26,682 nucleotides of DNA. It comes from Macrostomum lignano (taxonomy: Eukaryota). The stretch spans positions 1-26,682 of the forward strand of contig NIVC01005085.1 in the NCBI GenBank assembly GCA_002269645.1, in the 5' to 3' direction. Of this stretch, positions 1 through 10,910 are shown one piece after another. Under the pieces are notes generated by a model. It did not search any database and was not told the DNA's origin. It saw nothing but the letters and a program-made list of their open reading frames with translations. Numbering within the stretch: position 1 is the stretch's first letter; each line of letters starts with the position of its first letter. A program made the translations under genes and the position numbers.

Positions 1-196
1 TTGCAATCATGAATAATCATGAAAACTATTGGTTGCAAAAATCATGAAGAATCATGAAAAGTACCGGTTGCAATCATGAAGAATCATGAAAACTACCCGG
101 TTGGCAAATTATGAGGGAGCAGGACATGAAAACTACCGGTTGCAATCATGAATAATCATGAAAAACTATTGGTTGCAAAATCATGAAGAATCATGA
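1..196. repeat. Degenerate ~31-33 bp minisatellite (ggttgcaatcatgaagaatcatgaaaactacc), ~6 copies, in TUBGCP4 intron 2
   Basis: Repeated aatcatgaa doublets with ggttgca; cut by the window start. Confidence 0.9.
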
Positions 197-207
197 AGAG
201 AACTTAC

Positions 208-592
208 ATCGGCAACAAACTCCTCCAAAGCCAGCAGATCAAACTGACTAGCATCAGCCAGTGTCTCCAATCTGGGCAAAAACAGTCGCTCCAACTCGGC
301 CAGGAAGCAGAGGATCGGGATTCATTTAAACCAAAACAACGAACCGCGTTCACCAACAAATAGAATTCGCTGGGCCAAGGTTAACGGCAGATAGGCTGGC
401 AGTAGTGAGAATTGCAATTCAGCTTTCTGAGCACCAGTGCTCACAATTATACTGCTGGTATCAGCTGCTGCTGTTGTTGCATTTGGGGGCGCCTGGTACA
501 GCAGCTGTTGGTTTCTTCTGTTGTTCTTGCTGTTGTTGCTTTTGGTCGACAAGCCGAACAAAAAACTCCGAATAAGGATCGTCCAAAGTGCC
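208..592 (-). CDS. TUBGCP4: Gamma-tubulin complex component 4, exon 2 (contains apparent indels)
   Basis: Acceptor ccttgtag (593-594) and donor gtaagtt (207-201). Translated pieces GTLDDPYSEFFV, FSLLPAYLPLTLAQRILFVGE and LAELERLFLPRLETLADASQFDLLALEEFVAD follow the GCP4 order as I recall it (GLLLDQHEEFFI / ILPSYIPVRVAEKILFVGE / FAAELHRL). The exon is 385 nt (3n+1), with a frame change near G5 at 485-489 and an in-frame TGA at 322-324. Confidence 0.85.
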
Positions 593-771
593 CTACAAGG
601 GTTTTAGATTAGTTCATTTCAGTGCATCCGCTACAGTAGTGCGAATGTAAACTTGGTAATTCTTTAATCAATGAGGCATTAGCAGGAGGCTTGGGGGAAA
701 CCTGGCGTTACGCCAACCAGTGCTGAGTAAGAGACAATTCTGCCCGTTCCGCTGACTCCTGAGCAAATGTA

Positions 772-1041
772 CTCAGCAACATCAAAAATTCGCCATCACA
801 GAACATTCCATCTGTGCTCGACACTTTTGAGAGTGCATGTGAAATCTCTCAATCTGCGAGTGACGCAATTAGCGTACGTCACGCGGCAGATTTGAATTGA
901 GGAATGAAGTGGGGGAGCGGTTTGCGAGGGTTGGATGGATTAAAGCTACCCCGATCAGTTTTCTCGTATCTTCTAGTTCAGAATAGTCCAAGAGAAATTG
1001 CTCACTGGCGCGTAGAGTGGCGACTTTTCCATGTTGCTGAG
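772..1041. mobile_element. MITE, ~270 bp, ~25-bp TIRs, TA target duplication (copy 1)
   Basis: Left end ta|ctcagcaacatcaaaaattcgcca and right end tggcgacttttccatgttgctgag|ta are inverted repeats. A second diverged copy lies at 9784-10060. Confidence 0.85.
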
Positions 1042-1207
1042 TACATACAAGCGCGCCAATACTGTACACAGGCACGCACTCGTACACACGCTCACACAAA
1101 GTGTACATGTACAGCGGCCCTGACTTTCTAATCCTCAGGAATGTACACTTTCAGCGCCTTGATGGCTGGCCCTCATGGCTGTGAATTTTACGACAAACCC
1201 CGGACGT

Positions 1208-1525
1208 AGGGGTGGCCGCAGCCCAGTGGTCCAGAGCGGCGCTCTGATGTGCCAGCGGCCCAGACTCGATTCCAAGTGCCAGTCACATTAATTTGAGGCT
1301 AAATTGGAATCTCCGCTTTATAGGTCTACTTATGACCCAAGGCACAGTGAAGTGTTACATGCCAAACGATAAATCAAGTTATTGCCGCTGTACACTCCTG
1401 TGTGAGTGTATGTCTGAGCGTATGACTGCTCAGGGAGTCAGGCGAAACGGGCAGTAACGCCTCTCGTCGGTTGTTGTGACAATGTCGCTTAAAGTGCCCC
1501 AGGGTATTCAGAGCCTTTGATTATT
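1208..1525 (+). mobile_element. tRNA-derived SINE in TUBGCP4 intron 1
   Basis: A-box-like tggccgcagcccagtggt and B-box-like gactcgattcc, followed by a ~250-bp body ending in ttgattatt; no intact cloverleaf. Confidence 0.6.
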
Positions 1526-1550
1526 GGTCGTATGCACTACAAAACCACAC

Positions 1551-2102
1551 CTGCAGCATCCAGTCGCCAATCTGTCGATAAGCCAATCGATTGCATCGCT
1601 GCAACAGAGCATCAAAAGCCGACTGAGCTGAGGGCAGACCGCAAGGCATCCTATGCACAATCTTCTCCATTAGCTGGGTACCTCGAGCGTTACTACGTTC
1701 AATAGATTCTAACAGATCAGACAGTGCCGGAAATAGCAATTGAAACTCTTCCAATCGGCACTGGACATAGTTCAAGGACAGATAAGGATCTGCTATCAGT
1801 TCAGATTCCAAATCGACAAGTCTGGCGCGATAAGTTTCAAGACAATTGTCTAATGCATCGCTAAACACTTTAGCGTAGAGACCGGCTGTTTGCTTATCCG
1901 AATCAAGATAACTGGAACGTTCAGCTATAAAGTCTTGAAATCGAATGTAGTGAGCGCCTAGTTGGCATAGACGATTAATCAGAGGCACTTCGGATGGGCT
2001 GATGAATGGCAGATTGTCGATAAGTCGAAGGCTACCCGACTGAGTCTGTTGAATGACAGATCCTGGGCAGCCGTACAAGGCTAGTAGTAGTTCGTGCAGC
2101 AT
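1551..2102 (-). CDS. TUBGCP4: Gamma-tubulin complex component 4, exon 1 (184 codons)
   Basis: MLHELLLALYGCPG N-terminus is the GCP4 signature. AGLYAKVFSDALDNCLETYRARLVDLE...WMLQ ends at a phase-0 GT donor (1550-1549) that joins in frame to GTLDD. Confidence 0.93.
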
Positions 2103-2280
2103 GTGACTGCAGCTGAATTAAATCTGACTTTTTAAATCTGTCTTTGATTCTTTCAAATATTTCAATGCTTCAAATGACAATAATCTGTAATCAAAGTCTG
2201 CCATTTTTAGTTTCAGCAACGGCATTCAAATTGAAAAAGAACGAATTATAACAACAAATGCAATGTTTTGGATGCTCCGG

Positions 2281-2795
2281 AACTGAGGATCTGGGAGGCT
2301 GGCCCTGCAACTGAGGATCTGGAAGGCTGGCCCAGCGACTGAGGATCTGGGAGGCTGGCCCTGCAACTGAGGATCTGGAAGGCTGGCCCAGCGACTGAGG
2401 ATCTGGGAGGCTGGCCCAGCGACTGAGGATCTGGGAGGCTGGCCCAGCGACTGAGGATCTGGGAGGCTGGCCCAGTAACTGAGGATCTGGGAGGCTGGCC
2501 CAGCGACTGAGGATCTGGGAGGCTGGCCCAGCAACTGAGGATCTGGGAGGCTGGCACAGCAACTGAGGACCTGGGAGGCTGGCTCAGCAACTGAGGATCT
2601 GGGAGGCTGGCCTAGTAACTGAGGATCTGGGAGGCTGGCTCAGCAACTGAGGATCTGGGAGGCTGGCTCAACAACTGAGGATCTGGAAGGCTGGCACAGC
2701 AACTGAGGATCTGGGAGGCTGGCTCAACAACTGAGGATCTGGGAGGCTGGCACAGCAACTGAGGATCTTGGAGGCTGGCCCAGCAACTGAGGATC
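2281..2795. repeat. 28-bp tandem array (ctgaggatctgggaggctggcccagcaa), ~18 copies
   Basis: Directly visible; the same unit occurs at 12769-13025. Confidence 0.97.
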
Positions 2796-3076
2796 CTAGA
2801 TAAAATAAACAGTAAGTGTAGCTGCTAACGCACATTTAAAGCTTGTAAAAAATTGAAGTCTTAAAAAAGAAATAAAAAACTAATTTATCGTTTGCATTGC
2901 GTACAAAAAATATATTTCTCTGCAAATGCCTAAAAATAGTCGTAGGAATGTGCAATATATATAAAATGTACTATAAGAATTCGAGACATTATTCTGAAAA
3001 ATAACGGCTAAAAATAACAGTACACAAATCACAGCCTCGAATATTATTTTTTGTTAAATCAGACGAACATACGAAC

Positions 3077-3465
3077 GGAGCGTGTGTACATTGGGGGTAG
3101 ACTTTCTATCCTTGACTGGAGCATGTGTACATTGATGGGGGTAGATTTTCTAGCCTTGACCGGGGCGTGTGTACATTGGGGGTAGACTTTCTAGGCTTGA
3201 CCGGAGCGTGTGTACATTGGGGGTAGACTTTCTAGGCTTGACCGGAGTGTGTGTACATTGGGGGTAGACTTTCTAGGCTTGACCGGAGTGTGTGTACATT
3301 GGGGTAGACTTTCTAGGCTTGACCGGAGTGTGTGTACATTGGGGGTAGACTTTCTAGGCTTGACCGGAGCGTGTGTACATTGGGGGTAGACTTTCTAGGC
3401 GTGACCAGAGCGCGTGTGCAATAGGGGTAGACTTTCCAGGCTTGACCGGAACGTGTGTACATTGG
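3077..3465. repeat. 40-41 bp tandem array (gtgtgtacattgggggtagactttctaggcttgaccggagc), ~9.5 copies
   Basis: Directly visible; lies just 3' of the 2H gene stop codon. Confidence 0.95.
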
Positions 3466-3572
3466 CGGGGGTGAAATTAGTAGATCATTTAGGAGATCAG
3501 TTAAGTGATCTTGTATTACGTTTTTAAGCGGACTTTAGAATAACGAATATGACCTCCCTATCTTGTCACTAG

Positions 3573-4098
3573 CTAAGCCAGACAGGCCCCACCGCCACCC
3601 AGCGGCACACTGTGCAGCACAACAAAAGGCACATCTGGTCCAGTTCGATGTATAAACTCCACCGAACTAGCTAGAAACTCAACTCGACTTAGATCGCTAG
3701 ACGGCCAAGTTTTTGAGAGAGCTCGTTTTAACTCTTCGGCAGCAGTGACTGAAGCGCATTGAGCCATAGTTAGATGAGGCCGGAAACCGCCTTTGGACTG
3801 CAAATCTAAACAGTCAGGAAACACGCTCGCTAACACAGACTGTAGCTTCATCAAATTAGGACATCGGCTATTATTATTAGACAGATCGCAATCAGGTTCT
3901 ACAGGGTCTAGCCAAACTGTTGCACTTTTACCGCCGTGAGAGAAATGACCGAATTCTGCTAGACGAACGCGAAACGGTGACAAATTGGAGAGATGAGGTG
4001 TCAGTTTGGCTACCGCAGAGTCCATCTGATCTGGTTCGTAGAATGGATAACTGAGATTGATGTGCGGCATCCAGCGATGGAATTGACGATCGTGTTGT
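3573..4098 (-). CDS. LENG9-like / AKAP7-type 2H phosphoesterase (2'-5' RNA ligase-like), exon 2
   Basis: Acceptor aacttgcag (4099-4100). Reads RQHDRQFHRWMPHINLSYPF...FRVRLAEFGHFSHGGKSATVWLDP...FRPHLTMAQ, with two His motifs typical of 2H proteins. Confidence 0.88.
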
Positions 4099-4159
4099 CT
4101 GCAAGTTATTTAAGTAGATGTATTTAGGGTAAGGTAGGAGACAAGACTCGAGAGAAGCA

Positions 4160-4385
4160 GGTCAAATGGCGGATATGAAGGTCAAATGGGAGAAATAAAG
4201 CAGGTCAAATGGAAGAAATAAAGGTCAAATGGAAGAATTAAATGGAGAAATGGAGAAATAAAGGACAATTGGAACAAATGAAGATCAGAGAGGAGAAATG
4301 AAGGTCATACGGGAGAAATGAAGGTCAAATAGGGAAAATAATTATCAACTTGGAGAAATGAGAGTCAAATAGGAGAAATAAAGAT
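4160..4385. repeat. Degenerate ~19-bp intronic minisatellite (aaggtcaaatggagaaata)
   Basis: Repeated ggtcaaat/ggagaaat units. Confidence 0.75.
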
Positions 4386-4558
4386 GAATAAAATGAAGAA
4401 GTGGCGATTAAGGTCCAGAGGCAGAAATGAAAACCGTAAAGTAGATATGAATATTGATAGTGATAAAGATGAGAATAGGGGAAATGAATATTAAAAAAAT
4501 GTCACGAAGTATCCACATGATATTTTACTTAAATTTTTAAGTAGCATGTTGCACATAC

Positions 4559-4644
4559 CTGCGCACATCCTGCATAGCTTGGTACACAGATGTGTCAGCT
4601 GGTGGCATTAATACGATGGCAGATTGGTGAGTTTTCTTGCTCAT
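4559..4644 (-). CDS. LENG9-like 2H phosphoesterase, exon 1
   Basis: ATG at 4644, MSKKTHQSAIVLMPPADTSVYQAMQDVR, then AG|gtatgt donor. The phase-2 join to exon 2 is in frame, giving about 203 aa. Confidence 0.85.
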
Positions 4645-4844
4645 AATGTTTGCTACGACAATACGATTAAAAAGCTGAAAATGCAAGTTAGATGAAAAAA
4701 GAAGTCTGGACTCAAGTTTAGTGTCTACAGCTAACTTCAAAGACTTAACCGTAATAATATCAAAATATTAAGTAAACTACTTAGTTACTATAAGTACTAT
4801 ATATTTAGATAAATGAATGAGACCAAAAATTCTAAAATCTCGCC

Positions 4845-6097
4845 GGGGAAGCTTCACAAGCGCTAATTTTCATAAGCGCTAACTCACCTACTTTCACAAG
4901 CGCTAAACTTCACAAGCGCTAAACTTCACAAGCGCTAAACTTCACAAGCGCTAAACTTCATAACCGCTAACTCACTTACTTTCACAAGCGCTAAACTTCA
5001 CAAGCGCTGAACTTCACAAGCGCTAAACTTCACAAGCGCTAAACTTCACAAGCGCTAAACTTCACATTAGCTACAAATTCGTCACCTACTTTCACAAACG
5101 CTAAACTTCACAAGCGCTAAACTTCACAAACGCTAAACTTCACAACCGCTAAACTTCACAAACGCTAAACTTCACAACCGCTAAAACACAAATGTCGCCT
5201 ACTTTCACAAGCGCTAAACTTTACAAACGCTAAACGTTAAAAACCGCTAAAATACGAATGTCGCCTACTTTCACAAGCGCTAAACTTTACAAACGCTAAA
5301 CGTTAAAAACCGCTAAAATACGAATGTCGGCTACTTTCACAAGCGCTAAACTTTACAAACGCTAAACGTTAAAAACCGCTAAAATACGAATGCCGGCTAC
5401 TTTCACAAGCGCTTAACTTTACAAACGCTAAACGTTAAAAACCGCTAAAATACGAATGTCGGCTACTTTCACAAGCGCTAAACTTTACAAGCGCTTAACT
5501 TCAGAATAGCGAAACCACCTACTTTCTCAAGCGCTAAACTTCACAATGTCAAAGTAGACAGGGAAATTATTATAGTATATTAAAATTTTAGCGCTTGTAA
5601 AAGAAGCCGACATTCGTGTTTTGGGGATTGTAAAGGTTAGCGTTTGTGAAAGTAGGCGACATTTGTGTTTTAGCGGTTGTGAAGTTTAGCGTTTGTGAAG
5701 TTCGGCGCTTGTGAAGTTTAGCGCTTGTGAAAGTAGGTGACAAATTCGTAGCTAATGTAAAGTTTAGCGCTTGTGAAGTTTAGCGCTTGTGAAAGTAGGT
5801 GACAAATTCGTAGCTAATGTGAAGTTTAGCGCTTGTGAAGTTTAGCGCTTGTGAAGTTCAGCGCTTGTGAAGTTCAGCGCTTGTGAAGTTTAGCGCTTGT
5901 GAAAGTAGGTGACAAATTCGTAGCTAATGTGAAGTTTAGCGCTTGTGAAGTTTAGCGCTTGTGAAGTTCAGCGCTTGTGAAGTTCAGCGCTTGTGAAGTT
6001 TAGCGCTTCTGAAAGTAGGTGACAAATTCGTAGCTAATGTGAAGTTTAGCGCTTGTGAAGTTTAGCGCTTGTGAAAGTAGGTGGTTTCGCTATTATC
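4845..6097. repeat. Inverted pair of 16-bp minisatellite arrays (aaacttcacaagcgct)n ... (agcgcttgtgaagttt)n; foldback-like
   Basis: Left arm ~4850-5545, ~45-bp AT-rich spacer, right arm ~5588-6095 in reverse complement. A 7-bp direct repeat tctcgcc (4838-4844, 6098-6104) brackets the structure. Confidence 0.9.
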
Positions 6098-7145
6098 TCT
6101 CGCCCTAGAGATTATTTAGTCAGAAAATCTCCCCTTTAAGATTAGACATTTGAAAGTCTTACCCTAGAGATTAGATATTTAGCTAATATTACCACGAGGT
6201 TTAGGACATTAAGAGAATAATATACAAAAACAGTTGAGCACATAACCAGCATTACCGGAATAACTTGTTCAGTACAGTAATCTATCAAACACATATATTT
6301 GTCCATGCAATTATATGCTTTCAGTATAAACAGAATTCAATTTAAGTTTATTCCATATTCCACATCAGCAACAGCAATTGCATTAAATAATGCCAGAATG
6401 TAAACAAATAAACAAATAAAAAAGAGCTTTCAAATTACATTAAATAAGTGCCCCTTCAGTTGAAACTAGCTTTTTTAAATATTCAAGTAAATCCATTTAC
6501 CAATATTGGTTTGCTTACTATACTACTGATGTAGGCAGAAAGCAAATAAACAAAACAATGTCAAAAAACAAGATTCAACAAATCTGACCGAGAACTATTT
6601 AAATTCAGGACAAAAGGAATGTTTTAAATTGTAACAAATAGGTTTGCTACTTAGTTAATCGGTGAAATTATTTTATATTATTTGACGAATTCAGAAACAG
6701 AAACGACATATAGCTACTGTTAGTAGCTTGAAAGAAAACCCTAAAGGTTTTGGCCATAGACTAAATAGCTTCGCGGAAATCAATAAACATCTCCAATTTA
6801 GATTGACTTTAAAAAAAGGAATTATTTTGTTACGCGCATATTTATAAGGAAAAAAACTCTAAACAGACGCTCAATAAGTAATAGGTAAGCAGTTACGATT
6901 TTTAAAACTGACCCATCTATGTGATGTTGTGTACGAGATAGTAATCTGTGCAAAACAAATATTTAGACACTGTGTTCTCAAGTCTATATTATATAAATAT
7001 ATATACTCTATGGGGTACACGAGTTTTGGCCATAGACATTTTGAGAAATTTAAGTTTTGAAAAATCTATAAATACTACTTTAAGTACTATAAGTATTAAC
7101 ATTGAAATTCTTGGAATTTTAAACAGGTATAAACGACCTTGACGG

Positions 7146-7472
7146 AGGGTTGTAGCCCAGTGGTCAGAGCGTCGGACTCAAGACTGAAAGGTCGGGGGTT
7201 CGATTCACGACCCACCCGGAATAATTTGTGTCCTTGAGCAAAAGACACTAACTCTGCATTGTTTCAGTTCACCCAGCTGTAAAATGGGTACCACCAGCAT
7301 TAGCTGGAGTAATTGAGGCTGTGTGTGGCGACCCCTCCGCCCCTCCCAGTCCTTGGACTGAACAGCCGTACGCGGCCTTCAGATGCACCGCGCAATAGCT
7401 GCGGCTGAGCAGTCGGTTGCACATCTGGCCTAATTGGGGCAGGTGTAATCAGTTATTAACCTTGAACTCCTT
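7146..7472 (+). mobile_element. tRNA-derived SINE with CORE/V-like central domain
   Basis: Head tgtagcccagtggtcagagc...ggttcgattc (Pol III A and B boxes). Central gtgtccttgagcaaaagacactaac...cagttcacccagctgtaaaatgggtac resembles the conserved CORE-type SINE domain. Tail is aacctt-like. Confidence 0.85.
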
Positions 7473-7734
7473 AGCCTAAAGATAGTTGCACTACGGAAGA
7501 CAAAAGATTATAACTTAAAGCTTAGGAGGTTGGGAAATACTCGCAGATAGGTGTCGTGTCTTACAAAGTACATCAGACTAGTATAAAGATTCATTTAAAC
7601 AAACGGACAATAGATGACAGATGAAGGTTAACATATACAGTAAGCCATCCCCCAGAACAAAGAGTACATTTATAAATACGTAAATAACGTAAGATAAACA
7701 AGTTACAGTTTTAGTAAATTGATAAGTTACTTAT

Positions 7735-8226
7735 TCAACGATTGGAGCCAGCTTGTCCAGCCGCAGGTGCTCCAGCCGCTGGCACAGGAAAATCTGGACT
7801 GGAGCCTTGGCCCTGTTGTCCTTGTCCTTGCTGCTGTTGTTGCTGCTGATTGCCGCCAGAGAATGAGCTGAACACGGCCGACAGAGCCTGTCTGCCTAGA
7901 AACTCCTTAGCAACGCTTGATAGCTCTTTCTTGGCGCCGTATCTGCATCGAATATAGCCGTATAGATTGGCGCCATTCATCACAAATGCCACTATGACTG
8001 CCATTATCCAGCGAATATTAAGGGTAATCAAAGCCACTATGAACATTAGCGACCACACTAGCTGGGTGCCGACCAGACTGAACCAGAATAGGCGGGACTC
8101 GGCTCGAGAAACCAGCTGTTCTGCACCGCGGCTTCGAGACTCGTACACCCAGTGACTCTTGCCGGACTCGTCTACGTAGTTCCACCAGCGCAGGCCTACC
8201 AGCTTGCGGCCCGTGATGTTCTTAAC
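7735..8226 (-). CDS. TVP23: Golgi membrane protein TVP23 (FAM18), exon 2
   Basis: VKNITGRKLVGLRWWNYVDESGKSHWVYESR...NGANLYGYIRC is the TVP23 family signature; acceptor cattgcag at 8227-8228. Confidence 0.95.
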   Translation of the reverse strand, partial: VKNITGRKLVGLRWWNYVDESGKSHWVYESRSRGAEQLVSRAESRLFWFSLVGTQLVWSLMFIVALITLNIRWIMAVIVAFVMNGANLYGYIRCRYGAKKELSSVAKEFLGRQALSAVFSSFSGGNQQQQQQQGQGQQGQGSSPDFPVPAAGAPAAGQAGSNR

Positions 8227-8234
8227 CTGCAATG

Positions 8235-8381
<147 letters not shown>

Positions 8382-8473
8382 GGACAGAGACAGACACCAA
8401 GACACTAAGACAGATAGACAGAATCGGATAGAGAATGACAGGATATAAAAAACACACAGACAGAGAAACTCAC

Positions 8474-8706
8474 AGTCCAAAAATCCAAGGACAGCAGTAT
8501 GAGCACAAAGACAAAAGCTGTGATGAAGGAGTCTGTAAACAGCGAGCTGAGCAGGTAGAGCAGAAACGCTAGCAGGCGGAACAGCAGGTGAGCACCTGCT
8601 GCCATGGGGTGGGGAAATCGCTTGGATGCGGCGTCGGGTCGCCGAAAACGCCGCCCCCGGTGCCGTCGTCCATGGTCAGGGGAACCGAATCGCCGCTGGT
8701 CATCAT
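8474..8706 (-). CDS. TVP23: TVP23 exon 1 (one base apparently missing near 8636-8638)
   Basis: MMTSGDSVPLTMDDGTGGGVFGD, then in the neighbouring frame DAASKRFPHPMAAGAHLLFR...LLSLDFWT|gtgagt. The exon is 233 nt (3n-1); one extra C in gacccgac restores the frame. Confidence 0.88.
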
Positions 8707-9783
8707 GGCTGGCTCTGTGTGAACTCCGGATATGTGGAGCTGCTATTGCATAAAAAAATCATAATTATTTTTTCTTCGTGATTCAACGCGATTTGCGACT
8801 CAAATTTTCTGTTTCAGCTTACTGGTAAGATCTGGGATCTGGGATCTGGGACCAACAAAGTGGCCAAGAAGTAACTAAGGGTGATAATCTCGTAATGGTT
8901 GGCCTAATAAGCAACTGATAGCCCAGACGTTTGTCGTGTATAAACCATTGTAAAAAGGAAGTAGGCAAAGACTTTTAGAGTTGCTTAAGCGATCAAATTT
9001 GGCACCAGAGTATGCCAAGAAATATAAGATAAATAGATTGTTAATTTTAAAAACTTTGACACAATTTGACACAAGCACAAGCCAAACAGTTAAAAGGCAA
9101 AAAAGTTAGGAAAATTGTATAGGTTCCGATCTAGAACTCTACGCATTAACATTTTTATATTTGCTAAGCTAGATAAATAGTTTTAACCACAGCTGCTGCA
9201 ACTGAGCTACATCTACACAACAGTGAGCACACAAAGGAATGGCTTTCATCTCTCTCTCATCTTTGTAGACACGCCTGCATTTACATCACTGGTGCAAAGG
9301 TATTACTTCGAGCTGCCAGGAAGCGCGGAGCTCACAGTACGAGTACAGCTTCAGCAGAACAACAAAAGCTGCGACGCCTGTTATCCGCTAAAGTATAGGT
9401 TGCATGTTGCTTGAGGCTTAAACTGCTTCTCATACTGCTGTTTTTAAACTGTTCTAGTTTGCGTTGAATGTTCACAATTAATATCAACATTTTCATGTTG
9501 CTACAGCTGCAAATATACAATCGGGACCTTCTGTCCATAAAAATGTTCCCTCTCGAATGGACGTACAAAAAGGTGACTACTTCTCAAATTTCAGTTCTTC
9601 TTATTTCTTCTTCACTTTAGGAGTAGTGTCTATGGTTTTATATTTTGGCTTTCGATTTGGAAGCTGATTGAGCATTCTGGTGTATTCTGTGGTTTTAACT
9701 AAGAAATAAATGGCAGTGCACTACGTCATTGACTAATGCTCTTAGCCTCTATTAATGTTAGATTATTATATAAGCAAATATAT

Positions 9784-10060
9784 CTCAGTAACATTGAAAA
9801 GTCGCAATCACAGAAGATTCCGTCTGTGGTCGCCACTTTTGAGAGTGCAGGTAAAGTCTCCTAATCTTTGCGAGTGATGCAACTCAGCTACGCAGCGGCA
9901 GACTTGAGTTAAGGAATGAAGTGGGGGGAGCGGTGTGCGAGGGTTAGATGGATTAATTAAGCTACCCCAATCAGTTTCATCGTATTCTTTATTTCAGAAC
10001 AGTCCAAGAGAAATTGCTCACTGGCGCATAGAGTGGCGGCGACTTTTCAATGTTGCTGAG
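9784..10060. mobile_element. MITE, copy 2 of the family at 772-1041
   Basis: Ends ctcagtaacattgaaaagtcgc and gcgacttttcaatgttgctgag|ta; shared body (cacttttgagagtgca...aggaatgaagtggggg...agtccaagagaaattgctcactggcg). Confidence 0.85.
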
Positions 10061-10910
10061 TATAAGTACATTGCATAGGTGTAACACGCAGGCAAGTCAG
10101 CGATGTACATAGAGAGAGAGCGAACGTACATCAATTAAAAGCGATACAATTATTCAGCAAAATATCTGTAATAGTTCAATGCTACTATTTTAGTAACTGT
10201 CACTAAGACAAGGAATAAAATCATCACATAAAGTCCATTGGCAGCCGTTTTAAGCCTCTCACTTGCTCATTAAACAGAAGTGGCCGTACATGTAGACTAT
10301 AGGACTGAGGAGCAGAAAAGCTAGAATATGGATGATCCCTAGAAGATAGGGATGGCTTGGGCCATAGCCTTTAGAACTGAGGAGCAGAAGAGCCTGAGAA
10401 TAGGGGCTGATTTAGGGACTCGAAAATAGCTGAATCAAAGCTGCTAAGAGTTCGCGCAGAAAGTTCTAAAGTTATGCGTAGCCCCCTCAGCCTACAAAGT
10501 TTGTTTTACTTTTAGTTTGCAACCAAGCGATAGACAAAAATTTGTCTAATGACTCAAAGCGAGGAAAACCGCTGTTTGATGAGCGTTGGCAAAATAAATT
10601 ATTAGTAATCCATAATTCAGAATGGTAATATTTGAGTAAATACTAAAATTTTTTAACTAGACTACAGCAAAATTGAAAAAATCACTTAGCTTTTTTGGAG
10701 CTGAGCAAAATGTGAGTAACGGCACCGTTTCTTAAAATTTGATCTAAATAACATTTAAAACATTGGTTAAAACAGGTTCATGCTTTTCAAATAGGAAACA
10801 ATCATTTATAATAATAAATTTACAATAAATAACAAACAATAACAATAAATTTTTTAATCAAAAGTAATGATTTTAATAAAAAGTCAAAACAAGTCAAATC
10901 GAATTCAAAG

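Noticed and set aside
2191-2590. Three overlapping ORFs with PPRSSVAGPASQILSRW repeats (also 12759-13070)
   Set aside because: They are translations of the 28-bp array, open in several frames because the unit is poor in stop codons; no unique coding context.
2281-3465. CRISPR-like appearance of regular repeats
   Set aside because: Units are head-to-tail with no unique spacers, there are no cas genes, and the context is eukaryotic.
7146-7220. Possible tRNA gene
   Set aside because: The anticodon and acceptor stems do not pair properly and the sequence runs into a SINE body and tail.
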